Part shown: piece by piece, positions 47,550-56,227 of the stretch
How the letters are laid out: each line of letters opens with the position of its first letter
How positions within the stretch are numbered: the stretch's first letter is position 1
Source of the DNA: a virus
Taxonomy: Duplodnaviria > Caudoviricetes
DNA: 64,000 nt
IMG/VR virus record: IMGVR_UViG_3300047282_000191
Span: 25,717 to 89,716 of that record
Reading direction: 5' to 3' (one strand)
Made by a program: the position numbers and the translations under genes
Notes under the pieces: model-generated
What the model saw: only the letters and a program-made list of their open reading frames with translations
Databases searched by the model: none
Told to the model about the DNA's origin: nothing

Positions 47550-48950
47550 TTATGCCGTGAATGCTTTATATGCTTTTTCTTGAGCATTTATTCTCTTTTG
47601 GTAATCTACTACTTTCGTAGGATCAGCATTAGGTTTACCTGCATTAACTATTGCACCACACTCTCCCCACGCTTTCTTGTCAGCATAGTCAGAAATATTT
47701 TTAGTCTTAAAATACCAAGCACCAGTCTCAACAGCAATATTTTTATCTTTAATAACTAAGTCTGGATCTTTAACTAGGCGATCATCTCCAAAGAATGCCT
47801 TTGATGCTCTTAAATAGTTATCTTTAAACGTAAGTTGTTTTAAACCTCTGCCACGATATTTCCAACCATCACCTGGTTGTGGATCTAACAACTTGCGCTC
47901 AACCATATAGATGATATTGGCAACGTATTCTGCACCTTTCGCTACAGCAGCTCTTGCATCATCAAGTGTAGCGAATCGTTTATTTCCTGGGTTTAATTTC
48001 GTGAATATGAAGTCTGCACTGTATTTCACGCTTTCTTCTATCTGCGTCCAGCTAGTCTCTACACCAACATTACCAACAAATGCAGCTACACGTTCAGGCG
48101 TGGTGATATTATATTTTGGTAATGTGTCTCTCAAGTATTCATACCAATTACCTGCTGCTGCACCACCAGCTGCCACTAATTTTTCTTTAGTAAATGCGAA
48201 TGTAAATCCAGAAGATGGAGGAGTTGATGGCTTAGGTTCGACTACTGGATTTTTTTGTGGTACTACTGGAGGAGTCGGCTTTACTTGAGGTTTAGTTTCA
48301 TAGACCGGAGCAGGAGTTACTGCAGGAACTCCAGGAGGAAGAGGGGTTACTTCAGTTATTGGAACTTCTTTAGTAGTAACAGGATCTACTACAACTGGAA
48401 TGGGTTCTTTTGTAACTGGATCTGGAATGGTCTTTTGTACTACTTCAACGTTAGGTACAACTGGAACTTCCTTTTTAGTAATAGGGTCAATCTTCTTCTC
48501 ATCACATATACTTGCCGTTAACGATTCTATTGAGAGTGAACTAAGTTGCTCTTGAACATTTTGGAATGCAGCACCAACATTGCCTAAAGCATCGTTAAGT
48601 TGAGTGAAAATATCTTTATTGCCTTGAGCATTTAATCCAACGGGTTTTGGGATCTTTGCAATAATTGCATCTAGATCAGGAACTGCTGTACCAAACTTAG
48701 CTTTTAGTTCTGCAACCTTTGCAGCATATTCTTCAGCATTTAAACTTGGAAGGTTTAGCAACTCTTCTTTTAAATTAATACTTTCAAGCTTAGGAACGTT
48801 TACTTCCTTCAATTTATTTTTAATCGTATCAGCAACAGAACCCAGATCACCGATAGAATTTAATCCACCGGCAATCTTTTCTTTTAAATTGTCTATTCCA
48901 GCTTTAGCTTCGTCAAGAGCTGCATTAATTCCACAAGGAGATTGTGACAT
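47550..48950 (-). CDS. Virion-associated peptidoglycan hydrolase: helical N-domain, Pro/Val-rich linker, GH19 domain
   Basis: ITTPER.AAF......ET.....EE...YSA, GDGWKYRGRG..QLT...NY, P.L......A...AWYF are GH19 motifs. Confidence 0.82.
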   Translation of the reverse strand: MSQSPCGINAALDEAKAGIDNLKEKIAGGLNSIGDLGSVADTIKNKLKEVNVPKLESINLKEELLNLPSLNAEEYAAKVAELKAKFGTAVPDLDAIIAKIPKPVGLNAQGNKDIFTQLNDALGNVGAAFQNVQEQLSSLSIESLTASICDEKKIDPITKKEVPVVPNVEVVQKTIPDPVTKEPIPVVVDPVTTKEVPITEVTPLPPGVPAVTPAPVYETKPQVKPTPPVVPQKNPVVEPKPSTPPSSGFTFAFTKEKLVAAGGAAAGNWYEYLRDTLPKYNITTPERVAAFVGNVGVETSWTQIEESVKYSADFIFTKLNPGNKRFATLDDARAAVAKGAEYVANIIYMVERKLLDPQPGDGWKYRGRGLKQLTFKDNYLRASKAFFGDDRLVKDPDLVIKDKNIAVETGAWYFKTKNISDYADKKAWGECGAIVNAGKPNADPTKVVDYQKRINAQEKAYKAFTA

Positions 48951-48951
48951 A

Positions 48952-50193
48952 TTAGTTCAAGTCCACTTTAGGAGCAGTAACTTTATAGTCGCCACCGCTA
49001 TTAATTGTAAATTTACCTACAGTTGTGATTGTAAGATCTGCATCACACTTAAGGTTCCAGTTAGCTTTAGATCCAAACTCTAAACCATCTTTTGATAAGA
49101 ATTGTTGTGTTGAATTTGTTGATACTGATTGTGCGCCATTTGAGAAAGTGCTCATCGTATCTAAAAATATATTATCTACTTTTCCTGTTACCATCAACGA
49201 AGAACTTCCGCCAATAGTTTCAGTCTTATCTACATCGATTAATAATATTTGATTTTTACCAACGCGTGTTAGGAAATCTTCTTTTACGTTTAAGTTAAAG
49301 TTACCAACGGTTTCAATCGCATCATTTTGAGTTATCTTAGTATATCGATTACCATGCACCTTTAAATTATAGTCACCCATAACTTCCATCACATAATCAC
49401 CTTTGACTAATACTCGTTGATCGCCTTCAATCGTAATATTTTGTGTTCCACGAATTAATATGTTGTCATCATAGACAACGATCGTGTAATTTTCACCAGA
49501 AACTTTAGTTACCTTATCTCCATCTGGAAATATCTCGTAGAATGTACCTGCAGGATGATGCTCAACGATTCGCGAGTTATTTTCAGAATCATCGATCTCA
49601 CGGACGATGCCCGTTTCACTCTCAAATGTGTGGACGAATGGATATGTTCCTCTAACTCCACGGCGTGGTTCTGGCTCTTCCCATGAGCCCCTGGACTCTT
49701 CTGGGGAGTCACTTACAACTGTTGGGATATACGGTTTAGTAGCTTTTTCTATCCCTTTAACCTGCTCAGCATAGCGAGAATAATAGGACACATGATCTTT
49801 CCATTCATTTCTCGCAACCTTACTTACATCAGTTTCATTGTACCAACGAGGATAGTTACCGTTAAAGTCTTTAAATGCGTTGCGATCATTTACGTTTTGA
49901 GTTGGATAACCATGTATAGAACCGAGGATTATAGGATCTTGACAGTTTTCACCATCAGCAAAGAAACCTACAACCCATGAACCTTCAACTAAACCTGTTG
50001 GAGAAAATCCCAATCCTGAAATAGATGCAGATGTTGTAGGCATCATCGTATGAGCCCACGGCAAATCACTCGTTCTAATCTTTGATAAGTCATCTGTGTG
50101 TAGACCAAATATTCTTACGCGCACGCGACCCAATTCTTGTGGATCGTCTCGATCTTCTACTACACCAGTAAACCAGTTCATGTAATTTTTCAT
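48952..50193 (-). CDS. gp5: Baseplate central spike (OB-fold plus beta-helix, no lysozyme domain)
   Basis: WF.GVVEDR.DP..LGRVRVR..G.HT, LPWA, G...EGSWVVGFF.DG...Q.P.ILG, YP......ESG...E.DD, H..GT..E; ends KVDLN. Confidence 0.92.
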   Translation of the reverse strand: MKNYMNWFTGVVEDRDDPQELGRVRVRIFGLHTDDLSKIRTSDLPWAHTMMPTTSASISGLGFSPTGLVEGSWVVGFFADGENCQDPIILGSIHGYPTQNVNDRNAFKDFNGNYPRWYNETDVSKVARNEWKDHVSYYSRYAEQVKGIEKATKPYIPTVVSDSPEESRGSWEEPEPRRGVRGTYPFVHTFESETGIVREIDDSENNSRIVEHHPAGTFYEIFPDGDKVTKVSGENYTIVVYDDNILIRGTQNITIEGDQRVLVKGDYVMEVMGDYNLKVHGNRYTKITQNDAIETVGNFNLNVKEDFLTRVGKNQILLIDVDKTETIGGSSSLMVTGKVDNIFLDTMSTFSNGAQSVSTNSTQQFLSKDGLEFGSKANWNLKCDADLTITTVGKFTINSGGDYKVTAPKVDLN

Positions 50194-50196
50194 AAT

Positions 50197-51462
50197 TTAT
50201 TTGCCACCGCGTTGTTTAACTTTTTTACCAAGAGAATCTCTTACCACATCCATGATGATTGTATATTTACCATCGACCATTTTGTGATGTGTGTGCATTA
50301 CCAAATATCTTCCAGAAATATATTCATTGCTATCCTTAGCAACGCCGTATATTGATGGTCTATCACGATCTACTTCAAATTCAATGATCTTTCCAGGATA
50401 TAGATCTGTTCTTCCACGAATTACCATGTTAAGAGTTGTTAACCCAAGTTGATAAACATATGCATCCGCTTCTAGTTTTGTAAACTCTGCTTCATTATTA
50501 TAGTTATTATATGCAGCTGTACCCCAGGCTTTTGAATTTTTATTCGCTACGTAGTGCACCGAATCATATTCATTGAGAGGTTTATTTTCTACTTTAAATT
50601 CTTTATTGATAAACGGAACTTTGTCTAAATGTGCTTTCTTATCAAAGTCTTTAAGATAATCATATTTCAATAGTTTATAAGATCTTGTACTGATATCTAC
50701 GGTGTGCATAGCAGAACCAAAAGCTCCGCGAAGTGTATTCTTATATGTGTTTGAATAATCTCTGATATCATATTCAATAGCTACATTATAAGACGCAGCT
50801 AATTGTCCAGCATCAGTGGTTGCTGATGTACCACCTTTATGCACAAACTTATTATAAGTCTTTTGATTGAATAGAGTCGTATAAGATTGCAGACGATGAC
50901 CGCCAGTAAAAGTTTCATAAAAGGCAAATGGCGTTTGATTTTTATCCATTGCTTTTCTTGTTAACCAATCGATTGCTTGATATGGATTCCAATTTGGAAT
51001 TACTAGTTTGTAATTTCCAACCGTATCTTCTGTAACATCAATATCTTTGTTCAAATAATCTTTCATGACACCTTGCACTGCATCAGATATTTTACCTGTG
51101 TATGCATGAGATACCAATCTCAAACTATTCATCAGCTGTTCTGGTGTAATAAGCTTTAGCGTATACATCGAAGCCTGATTATTAGCACGAATGTAGTTTG
51201 CTACTGAACCAACATAAAACGTTTTCTTTATCTTAGCCTTACCTTCTGACAACACCATATCTACTTTTTCTTGGCCTAATATCGGAACTGTTTCAAGTAA
51301 GTTAGAAGCATCCGTGATACCCAACTCTACTTTAATGTATGGAGATAATAGTGATTCATAGATATCGATTGATATCACCAAATCTTTGATCTCGAGCTTT
51401 TGCCCAGTGGAAGATGTTAGTTGAACTGATTCAACTGAATAGTCAAATTTACCTAATGACAT
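50197..51462 (-). CDS. gp27: Baseplate hub protein (gp27-like)
   Basis: I.IYE.L....I......DA.NL....PI.GQE, IPN..P..AI.WL, SG.YL.....H; adjacent to gp5. Confidence 0.75.
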   Translation of the reverse strand: MSLGKFDYSVESVQLTSSTGQKLEIKDLVISIDIYESLLSPYIKVELGITDASNLLETVPILGQEKVDMVLSEGKAKIKKTFYVGSVANYIRANNQASMYTLKLITPEQLMNSLRLVSHAYTGKISDAVQGVMKDYLNKDIDVTEDTVGNYKLVIPNWNPYQAIDWLTRKAMDKNQTPFAFYETFTGGHRLQSYTTLFNQKTYNKFVHKGGTSATTDAGQLAASYNVAIEYDIRDYSNTYKNTLRGAFGSAMHTVDISTRSYKLLKYDYLKDFDKKAHLDKVPFINKEFKVENKPLNEYDSVHYVANKNSKAWGTAAYNNYNNEAEFTKLEADAYVYQLGLTTLNMVIRGRTDLYPGKIIEFEVDRDRPSIYGVAKDSNEYISGRYLVMHTHHKMVDGKYTIIMDVVRDSLGKKVKQRGGK

Positions 51463-52190
51463 TATTGTGCGTCTGGATTAATTATTCTATAAAATTCATC
51501 TACTACTTGAGTGATGTATTCTGGCCTAATAACTCTAATATCTGTTTTAAATTCATTCCATTCTCTTTCATGTTCATCATTTGGTATACCTACTGCGCCA
51601 GGATAATCTTTCCTTACCCAATTTCTTTGAGAGTCTTCGTAATGATTCGCAGCAACTCGATACGGTCTTTGACTATTGATAATGATCTGATCGTTCGATG
51701 TCAAACCTCTTATAAGTTCTCCATCTACAAAGTTGCCGACTTGCCCTGTCGGAGATAAACGAATTATACCTTTATCAGTATCTTTTTGTATGATACTAGC
51801 CGTCGCTAGAGAGATAGATCCTCTTAGTGTTTCTCCACGAACAAACTTTGTAGAGATGTCTTCATCGGTCAATAATACGTTACCTTGATATTTAACTCTA
51901 ATTTTATTTTCCATCTCGATCGTAGAGCATGGCCAATCAGCGTATGAATTTACCACATCTGGATTAATCATGAAGAGAGTCCAATAATAATCTGTAGTAC
52001 CATATAATTTTAATGATACGTGATCTGGCCTCTCACCGTCTTGAATATGATATCTTTCATAGAGCAATATATCATCTCGTAGATTATTTTTAATTCTGAC
52101 AGATCTAAATAAATCAGTAGCTTCAACCGGTCTTCCATTTGCAAATACATCGTACTGCATGGTTGGAAAACCTTGAAAGAAATATGACAT
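51462..52190 (-). CDS. gp53: Baseplate wedge subunit
   Basis: YF..FP...YD, Y.I.DGERPD.VS..LYG..DYYW....IN, W P. Confidence 0.88.
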   Translation of the reverse strand: MSYFFQGFPTMQYDVFANGRPVEATDLFRSVRIKNNLRDDILLYERYHIQDGERPDHVSLKLYGTTDYYWTLFMINPDVVNSYADWPCSTIEMENKIRVKYQGNVLLTDEDISTKFVRGETLRGSISLATASIIQKDTDKGIIRLSPTGQVGNFVDGELIRGLTSNDQIIINSQRPYRVAANHYEDSQRNWVRKDYPGAVGIPNDEHEREWNEFKTDIRVIRPEYITQVVDEFYRIINPDAQ

Positions 52191-52191
52191 A

Positions 52192-53091
52192 TTAGTAACC
52201 TCCTATGATGAGGTCTCTGTTGAGTGCTTTGCTTTCTTGGAAAGTCAAAGACAAATCTATTTCAGATGGCATACCATCTTCGAAAAAAGTTGGACTGGTT
52301 GGATTATAGTTAACTGTCACAGACGTTAAGTATGAGTCCAGCATTTTTATAATATTTTTATTTTGTTTACTTCCAGTTAAGAACGTAACTTTGAATATAT
52401 CTGGAAATTTAAATGTCGACATATTAACAGAATCGGTTCCACTGCCGTTTCCAAGGGCTGGATATGCAGCAACACGGAAGAATTGAACGATCTTAATTAT
52501 TTCTTCAGCTTCAGCTCTAGTTCTTGGAAACATCTTAAACTGAAACTGGAATTGACGAAGCGATGGAGATTTAAACAACATTTGTGTATGAGGATTTACA
52601 ACTTCTCCTCTATTGATGATAGCTTGATTCGCTGCACCGCCTACCAAACCTTTGCTCTGTGCTATTTTAGCTGTACCACCCGCAACCGCAGTTTGCGCCA
52701 CTCCTTTAGCTTGATCTTTTAATGTATCAACGAATTCACCAGGAGATGCTGCAGAACCACCGGCTTTCAAGAGCTCTCCACCTAAACCTGTGTCAGCATT
52801 ATCATAGCTTAATGTATCAGCAACGCTTATTCCTGAAGGCATATATAAAGTTACTGAACCGAGTGCACTCTCAGCAAACTTAGATGGTCTTATATCTAAG
52901 ACGCTACTTTTCTTGACGCGGGCGATAGCTTCGAACTTTACAACGTTCTGATGTTTTTGTACATCTCCCTTGGGGAAACGCAGTTGCGGAGAAGTTGCGC
53001 CGAACGGGTTTAAAAAGTTTAATGATGCTAAAGTGTTCTTAACGAACTCTTGAACATTATTAAACGCGGCGGGTATATTGTCGATTGGCAT
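52192..53091 (-). CDS. gp48: Baseplate tail tube cap
   Basis: LYMP......D...Y, NP....LF..P.LR.F.F.FK..PR...EA..I..I...FR...YP, CYLTSV.VNY.P, L.F.E. Confidence 0.88.
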   Translation of the reverse strand: MPIDNIPAAFNNVQEFVKNTLASLNFLNPFGATSPQLRFPKGDVQKHQNVVKFEAIARVKKSSVLDIRPSKFAESALGSVTLYMPSGISVADTLSYDNADTGLGGELLKAGGSAASPGEFVDTLKDQAKGVAQTAVAGGTAKIAQSKGLVGGAANQAIINRGEVVNPHTQMLFKSPSLRQFQFQFKMFPRTRAEAEEIIKIVQFFRVAAYPALGNGSGTDSVNMSTFKFPDIFKVTFLTGSKQNKNIIKMLDSYLTSVTVNYNPTSPTFFEDGMPSEIDLSLTFQESKALNRDLIIGGY

Positions 53092-53128
53092 GTTGTACCT
53101 TTATGATTCTTTTACATACGGACACTCT

Positions 53129-53136
53129 TATTTATA
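53129..53136 (-). promoter_or_regulatory. T4-type late promoter TATAAATA upstream of gp48
   Basis: Plus strand TATTTATA at 53129-53136; its last base is the A of the divergent gp4 ATG. Confidence 0.78.
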
Positions 53137-53579
53137 TGGCTACATACAAAGGTTTTTACAGATGTAAGAATCCAGCAAAATATGAAGGTGACTTCAAAAA
53201 CATAGTTTATAGGTCTCTCTGGGAAAGACAAGTATTTAGATGGTGTGATGAAAACACACAAGTATTAAAATGGTCCTCAGAGGAGACAGTTGTACAATAC
53301 TTTTATCCATTGGATAAAAAATGGCATCGCTATTTTATAGACGTAAAATATACTACCGCTCAAGGCACATTTTTGGTTGAGATTAAGCCAAAATCACAAA
53401 CTGTCCCTCCAAAGAAACCAAGTAGACAAACTAAGAAATACTTGGAAGAAGCACGCACTTATGTCAAAAATCAATGTAAATGGAAAGCTGCTGATAATTT
53501 TGCTAAAGATAGAAATTGGCAGTTTGTTATTTGGACAGAAGATACGATTAAAGCTATGGGCATCAAATTACTGACATAA
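53136..53579 (+). CDS. gp4: Head completion nuclease
   Basis: Y.G.Y...NP.KY.GD...IVYRS.WE......CD.N..V..W.SEE....Y, HRYF.D, L.EIKP..QT.P, N..KW.AA. Start set at ATG 53136. Confidence 0.92.
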   Translation: MATYKGFYRCKNPAKYEGDFKNIVYRSLWERQVFRWCDENTQVLKWSSEETVVQYFYPLDKKWHRYFIDVKYTTAQGTFLVEIKPKSQTVPPKKPSRQTKKYLEEARTYVKNQCKWKAADNFAKDRNWQFVIWTEDTIKAMGIKLLT

Positions 53580-53582
53580 ATA
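53575..53582 (+). promoter_or_regulatory. Variant late promoter CATAAATA upstream of gp2
   Basis: One mismatch to TATAAATA, 5 nt before the gp2 start. Confidence 0.5.
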
Positions 53583-53587
53583 GAAGT

Positions 53588-54202
53588 ATGGCTACTAAAA
53601 CACAACCAACGAGTTTATATGACAAGATGCGTCAGGGTCTGCAATCTGCAGAGCGCACAGAACAGTCTAAAAAATGGTTTACACAGAAAGTAAAATCTTT
53701 AGGCGGTAAAAATATCAATGCGATGCAGTTCCTTAAGGATCCGCATTTTTACAAGAAGACGTCTTTTAAACCGGGATTCATGTATCATTTTTTATATGAT
53801 GCAAAAGGAGCTGACACACTACCATATTATGATCGTTTCCCATTAATGGTGGCAGTAGGACCAGCACAAGGCGGGTTTTATGGTCTCAACTTACATTATC
53901 TAGCTCCTCCACTAAGAGCTCGTTTCTTAGATAGATTATTAGATACAGTGAATAATGATAAGTTTGACGAGACTACAAAGATGAGGATAAACTATAATCT
54001 ACTTACATCAATCGGTAGACTTAGACCTTTTGAGCCATGTTTTAAACATTATCTTTTTAGTCAGATAGAATCGAGGATCATGATGGTCCCATCATCTGAA
54101 TGGGAGATATCAATATACTTACCAACTGAACAATTCATTGGTACAAACAAAAGAAACGTTTGGAGAGAGTCTAAACGTATGATAACAGGATACAGAGCGT
54201 AA
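53588..54202 (+). CDS. gp2: DNA end protector protein
   Basis: PG.MY.F.YDAK....LPYYD.FPL, GF.GLNLHYL....RA..LD.L, C.K.YL...I.S, LPT.QF. Confidence 0.93.
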   Translation: MATKTQPTSLYDKMRQGLQSAERTEQSKKWFTQKVKSLGGKNINAMQFLKDPHFYKKTSFKPGFMYHFLYDAKGADTLPYYDRFPLMVAVGPAQGGFYGLNLHYLAPPLRARFLDRLLDTVNNDKFDETTKMRINYNLLTSIGRLRPFEPCFKHYLFSQIESRIMMVPSSEWEISIYLPTEQFIGTNKRNVWRESKRMITGYRA

Positions 54203-54203
54203 A

Positions 54204-54845
54204 ATGCCACAAATCGACAAGTTTAAATCAGTCATATCTAAGCGAGGAGGTCTTGCACCGCAAAATCGATTCGCCGTTTACATGGCTTTACCACTAATTA
54301 GCTTCGATCCACAAAATTTGATCGCCCGAGCGTTTGGACAAGGCACTTCTAGTCCATTTTTAAACGATCCACGCGATGTTTCGATACTTTGTGACTCTGT
54401 AATGCTTCCAGGACGTCAAATTTCGACTTCCGAAGTACAAACTAACTTATTGAGCGTAAAAACACCTTACACTTACATCAACGATGACGTCACGATGAGC
54501 TTCCACATCACAAATGATCACTTTATGAAGAAATTTTTCGAAAATTGGTTCAATAGGATGTTCGATCGTAAAAAAATGGTCATGAAATATCGTTCTCAGT
54601 TCACGACTGACGTAATTATTCAACAATTGGATCAAAGAGACGTTCCAGTTTACTCAATATCACTAAAAAATGCGTTTCCAACAAGCATAACATCGTATGA
54701 ATTGACAAACAGCGGTGAAAATCAAACCCAAAAGCTAACAATCACGCTATCTTATGAAGATTGGAGTGAAGAGGGATTTGTAGAATCAGTCCTTTCGAAA
54801 GGGAAAGTACTACTTGGCTCTGTCGGCCGAACATTTGGAGTATAA
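54204..54845 (+). CDS. gp54: Baseplate tail tube initiator (gp19/gp54 fold)
   Basis: GGLA..NRF.V, C.SV..PGR.I.T, K.PY.....DV...F, W...........Y...Y...I.I.Q, L..A.P......L......LT.T..Y. Confidence 0.8.
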   Translation: MPQIDKFKSVISKRGGLAPQNRFAVYMALPLISFDPQNLIARAFGQGTSSPFLNDPRDVSILCDSVMLPGRQISTSEVQTNLLSVKTPYTYINDDVTMSFHITNDHFMKKFFENWFNRMFDRKKMVMKYRSQFTTDVIIQQLDQRDVPVYSISLKNAFPTSITSYELTNSGENQTQKLTITLSYEDWSEEGFVESVLSKGKVLLGSVGRTFGV

Positions 54846-54866
54846 TAATATTATCAGGAGTATATT

Positions 54867-55577
54867 ATGTCTTTACCTATTATTTTAAACACGCCGTCCT
54901 ATGAAGTGGAACTACCATTAAGTAAGAAAACGGTAAAATACAGACCATATTTGGTCAAAGAAGAGAAGCTATTGATGATGGCTATGGAATCTCAAGATCA
55001 AAAGCAGATCTTAAGAGCAGTCCAAGATATCATTGAAGCATGTACATTCGGTGAAGTGAAGGCAAAAACATTGCCGACAGCTGAACTCGAGTTGCTTTTC
55101 TTAAAACTCAGGTCTAAATCAGTCGGTGAAACGACCCAGGTTGGATATGAGTGTAAGAATTGTGGTACAAAAAACGAATTAGTCGTCAACTTAGAAGCAG
55201 TAGAACTTACTCAAGCTAAGAAGACAGACAGTAAGATCTTGTTAACAGATAAAGTTGGTGTAATCATGAAGTTCCCAACTGCTGATGACGTGACAAGAGC
55301 AATTGGTTCTAATGAAGGCGAAGTTAAAAATACATTTGCTATCATCACATCTTGTATAGAAGCTATATTTGATGATAATGGTGTATATGAAGCAGCCAAC
55401 TTAGAAAGAAAAGAAGTAGAGTCGTGTGTTGATTCACTGAATTCGCAACAATTTAAGAAGATCCAAGAATTTTTCGAAGGACTACCTAAGTTGTCGCATG
55501 ATGCGAGCTTTGATTGTGTGAATTGTGGGACCCATAACAAGTTAGTTATCGAGGGCCTCCAAGCTTTTTTCGTCTAG
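54867..55577 (+). CDS. gp26: Baseplate hub assembly chaperone
   Basis: LP.L..P.YE..LP.S...V.YRP.LVKEEK.L..A.E, D.E.LFL..R.KSVGE, C..C, F....PKL, C..C......EGL..FF. Confidence 0.92.
   Translation: MSLPIILNTPSYEVELPLSKKTVKYRPYLVKEEKLLMMAMESQDQKQILRAVQDIIEACTFGEVKAKTLPTAELELLFLKLRSKSVGETTQVGYECKNCGTKNELVVNLEAVELTQAKKTDSKILLTDKVGVIMKFPTADDVTRAIGSNEGEVKNTFAIITSCIEAIFDDNGVYEAANLERKEVESCVDSLNSQQFKKIQEFFEGLPKLSHDASFDCVNCGTHNKLVIEGLQAFFV
55565..55571 (+). other. Candidate -1 ribosomal frameshift site T TTT TTC joining gp26 to the gp51 frame
   Basis: X XXY YYZ heptamer two codons before the gp26 TAG; the -1 frame is open into LALSHESLENHF... Confidence 0.6.
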
Positions 55578-55765
55578 CTCTCTCACATGAATCCTTGGAG
55601 AACCATTTCCGAGGAAACTTCATCATGATGCAACATCACAAGTATAGTTTAACAGAGCTAAATGAGATGTTACCATGGGAGAGAGAAGTATATGTGGCTA
55701 TGTTGATTGAATATGTTAAGGAAGAAAACGAACGTATTAAGAAGGCAAATCAAAAATACCACTAA
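55574..55765 (+). CDS. gp51: Baseplate hub assembly catalyst frame (no AUG upstream of the conserved N-terminal LSHESL)
   Basis: Not in the ORF track. Hand-translated LALSHESLENHFRGNFIMMQHHKYSLTELNEMLPWEREVYVAMLIEYVKEENERIKKANQKYH; MQHHKYSL.E...M.PWER..Y is the gp51 signature. Confidence 0.88.
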   Translation, partial: LALSHESLENHFRGNFIMMQHHKYSLTELNEMLPWEREVYVAMLIEYVKEENERIKKANQKYH

Positions 55766-55774
55766 GGAGTAGAA

Positions 55775-56215
55775 ATGGCAGACGAACAGAAAAATTATAA
55801 CGAGATGTCTGATAGCGAAAAGAAAAAAGAAGATTGGATGAATAGCAAATGGCGTCCAGCTATGGGTTGGATGTACATGGCTGTGTGCATATTCGACTTT
55901 GTCCTTGCACCGATCTTATGGGCAATCATCCAGTTCTGGGAAACTTCTGCAGCGAATGATGCATTCCGTCAATGGCAACCACTAACACTACAAGGCGCTG
56001 GTCTTTTCCATATGGCTATGGGTGCAGTGTTAGGTCTTGCAGCATGGGGTAGAACACAAGAGAAATTAGGCGGAGCAAACAATGGTGGTATATCACCTCC
56101 ATCAATCCCAACACCATCTGTACCAACCCCATCAGTTGGCGGAGATACTCCTGCAGTCGTAGTTCCAAAAGTACCACCAGTCGTGGCTCCACCAAAGATC
56201 CCGACTGCTTCATAA
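55775..56215 (+). CDS. Holin-like 3-TM membrane protein (GTA-holin type) with Pro-rich tail
   Basis: WRPAMGW.Y...C.FDF...P, PL.LQ..G.FH..MGA.LG..AWGRT.EK. Confidence 0.65.
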   Translation: MADEQKNYNEMSDSEKKKEDWMNSKWRPAMGWMYMAVCIFDFVLAPILWAIIQFWETSAANDAFRQWQPLTLQGAGLFHMAMGAVLGLAAWGRTQEKLGGANNGGISPPSIPTPSVPTPSVGGDTPAVVVPKVPPVVAPPKIPTAS

Positions 56216-56227
56216 GGTTAAGATAAA

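Noticed and set aside
53136-53579. Homing endonuclease
   Set aside because: The nuclease motifs and the position between gp48 and gp2 fit the core gp4 head-completion gene.
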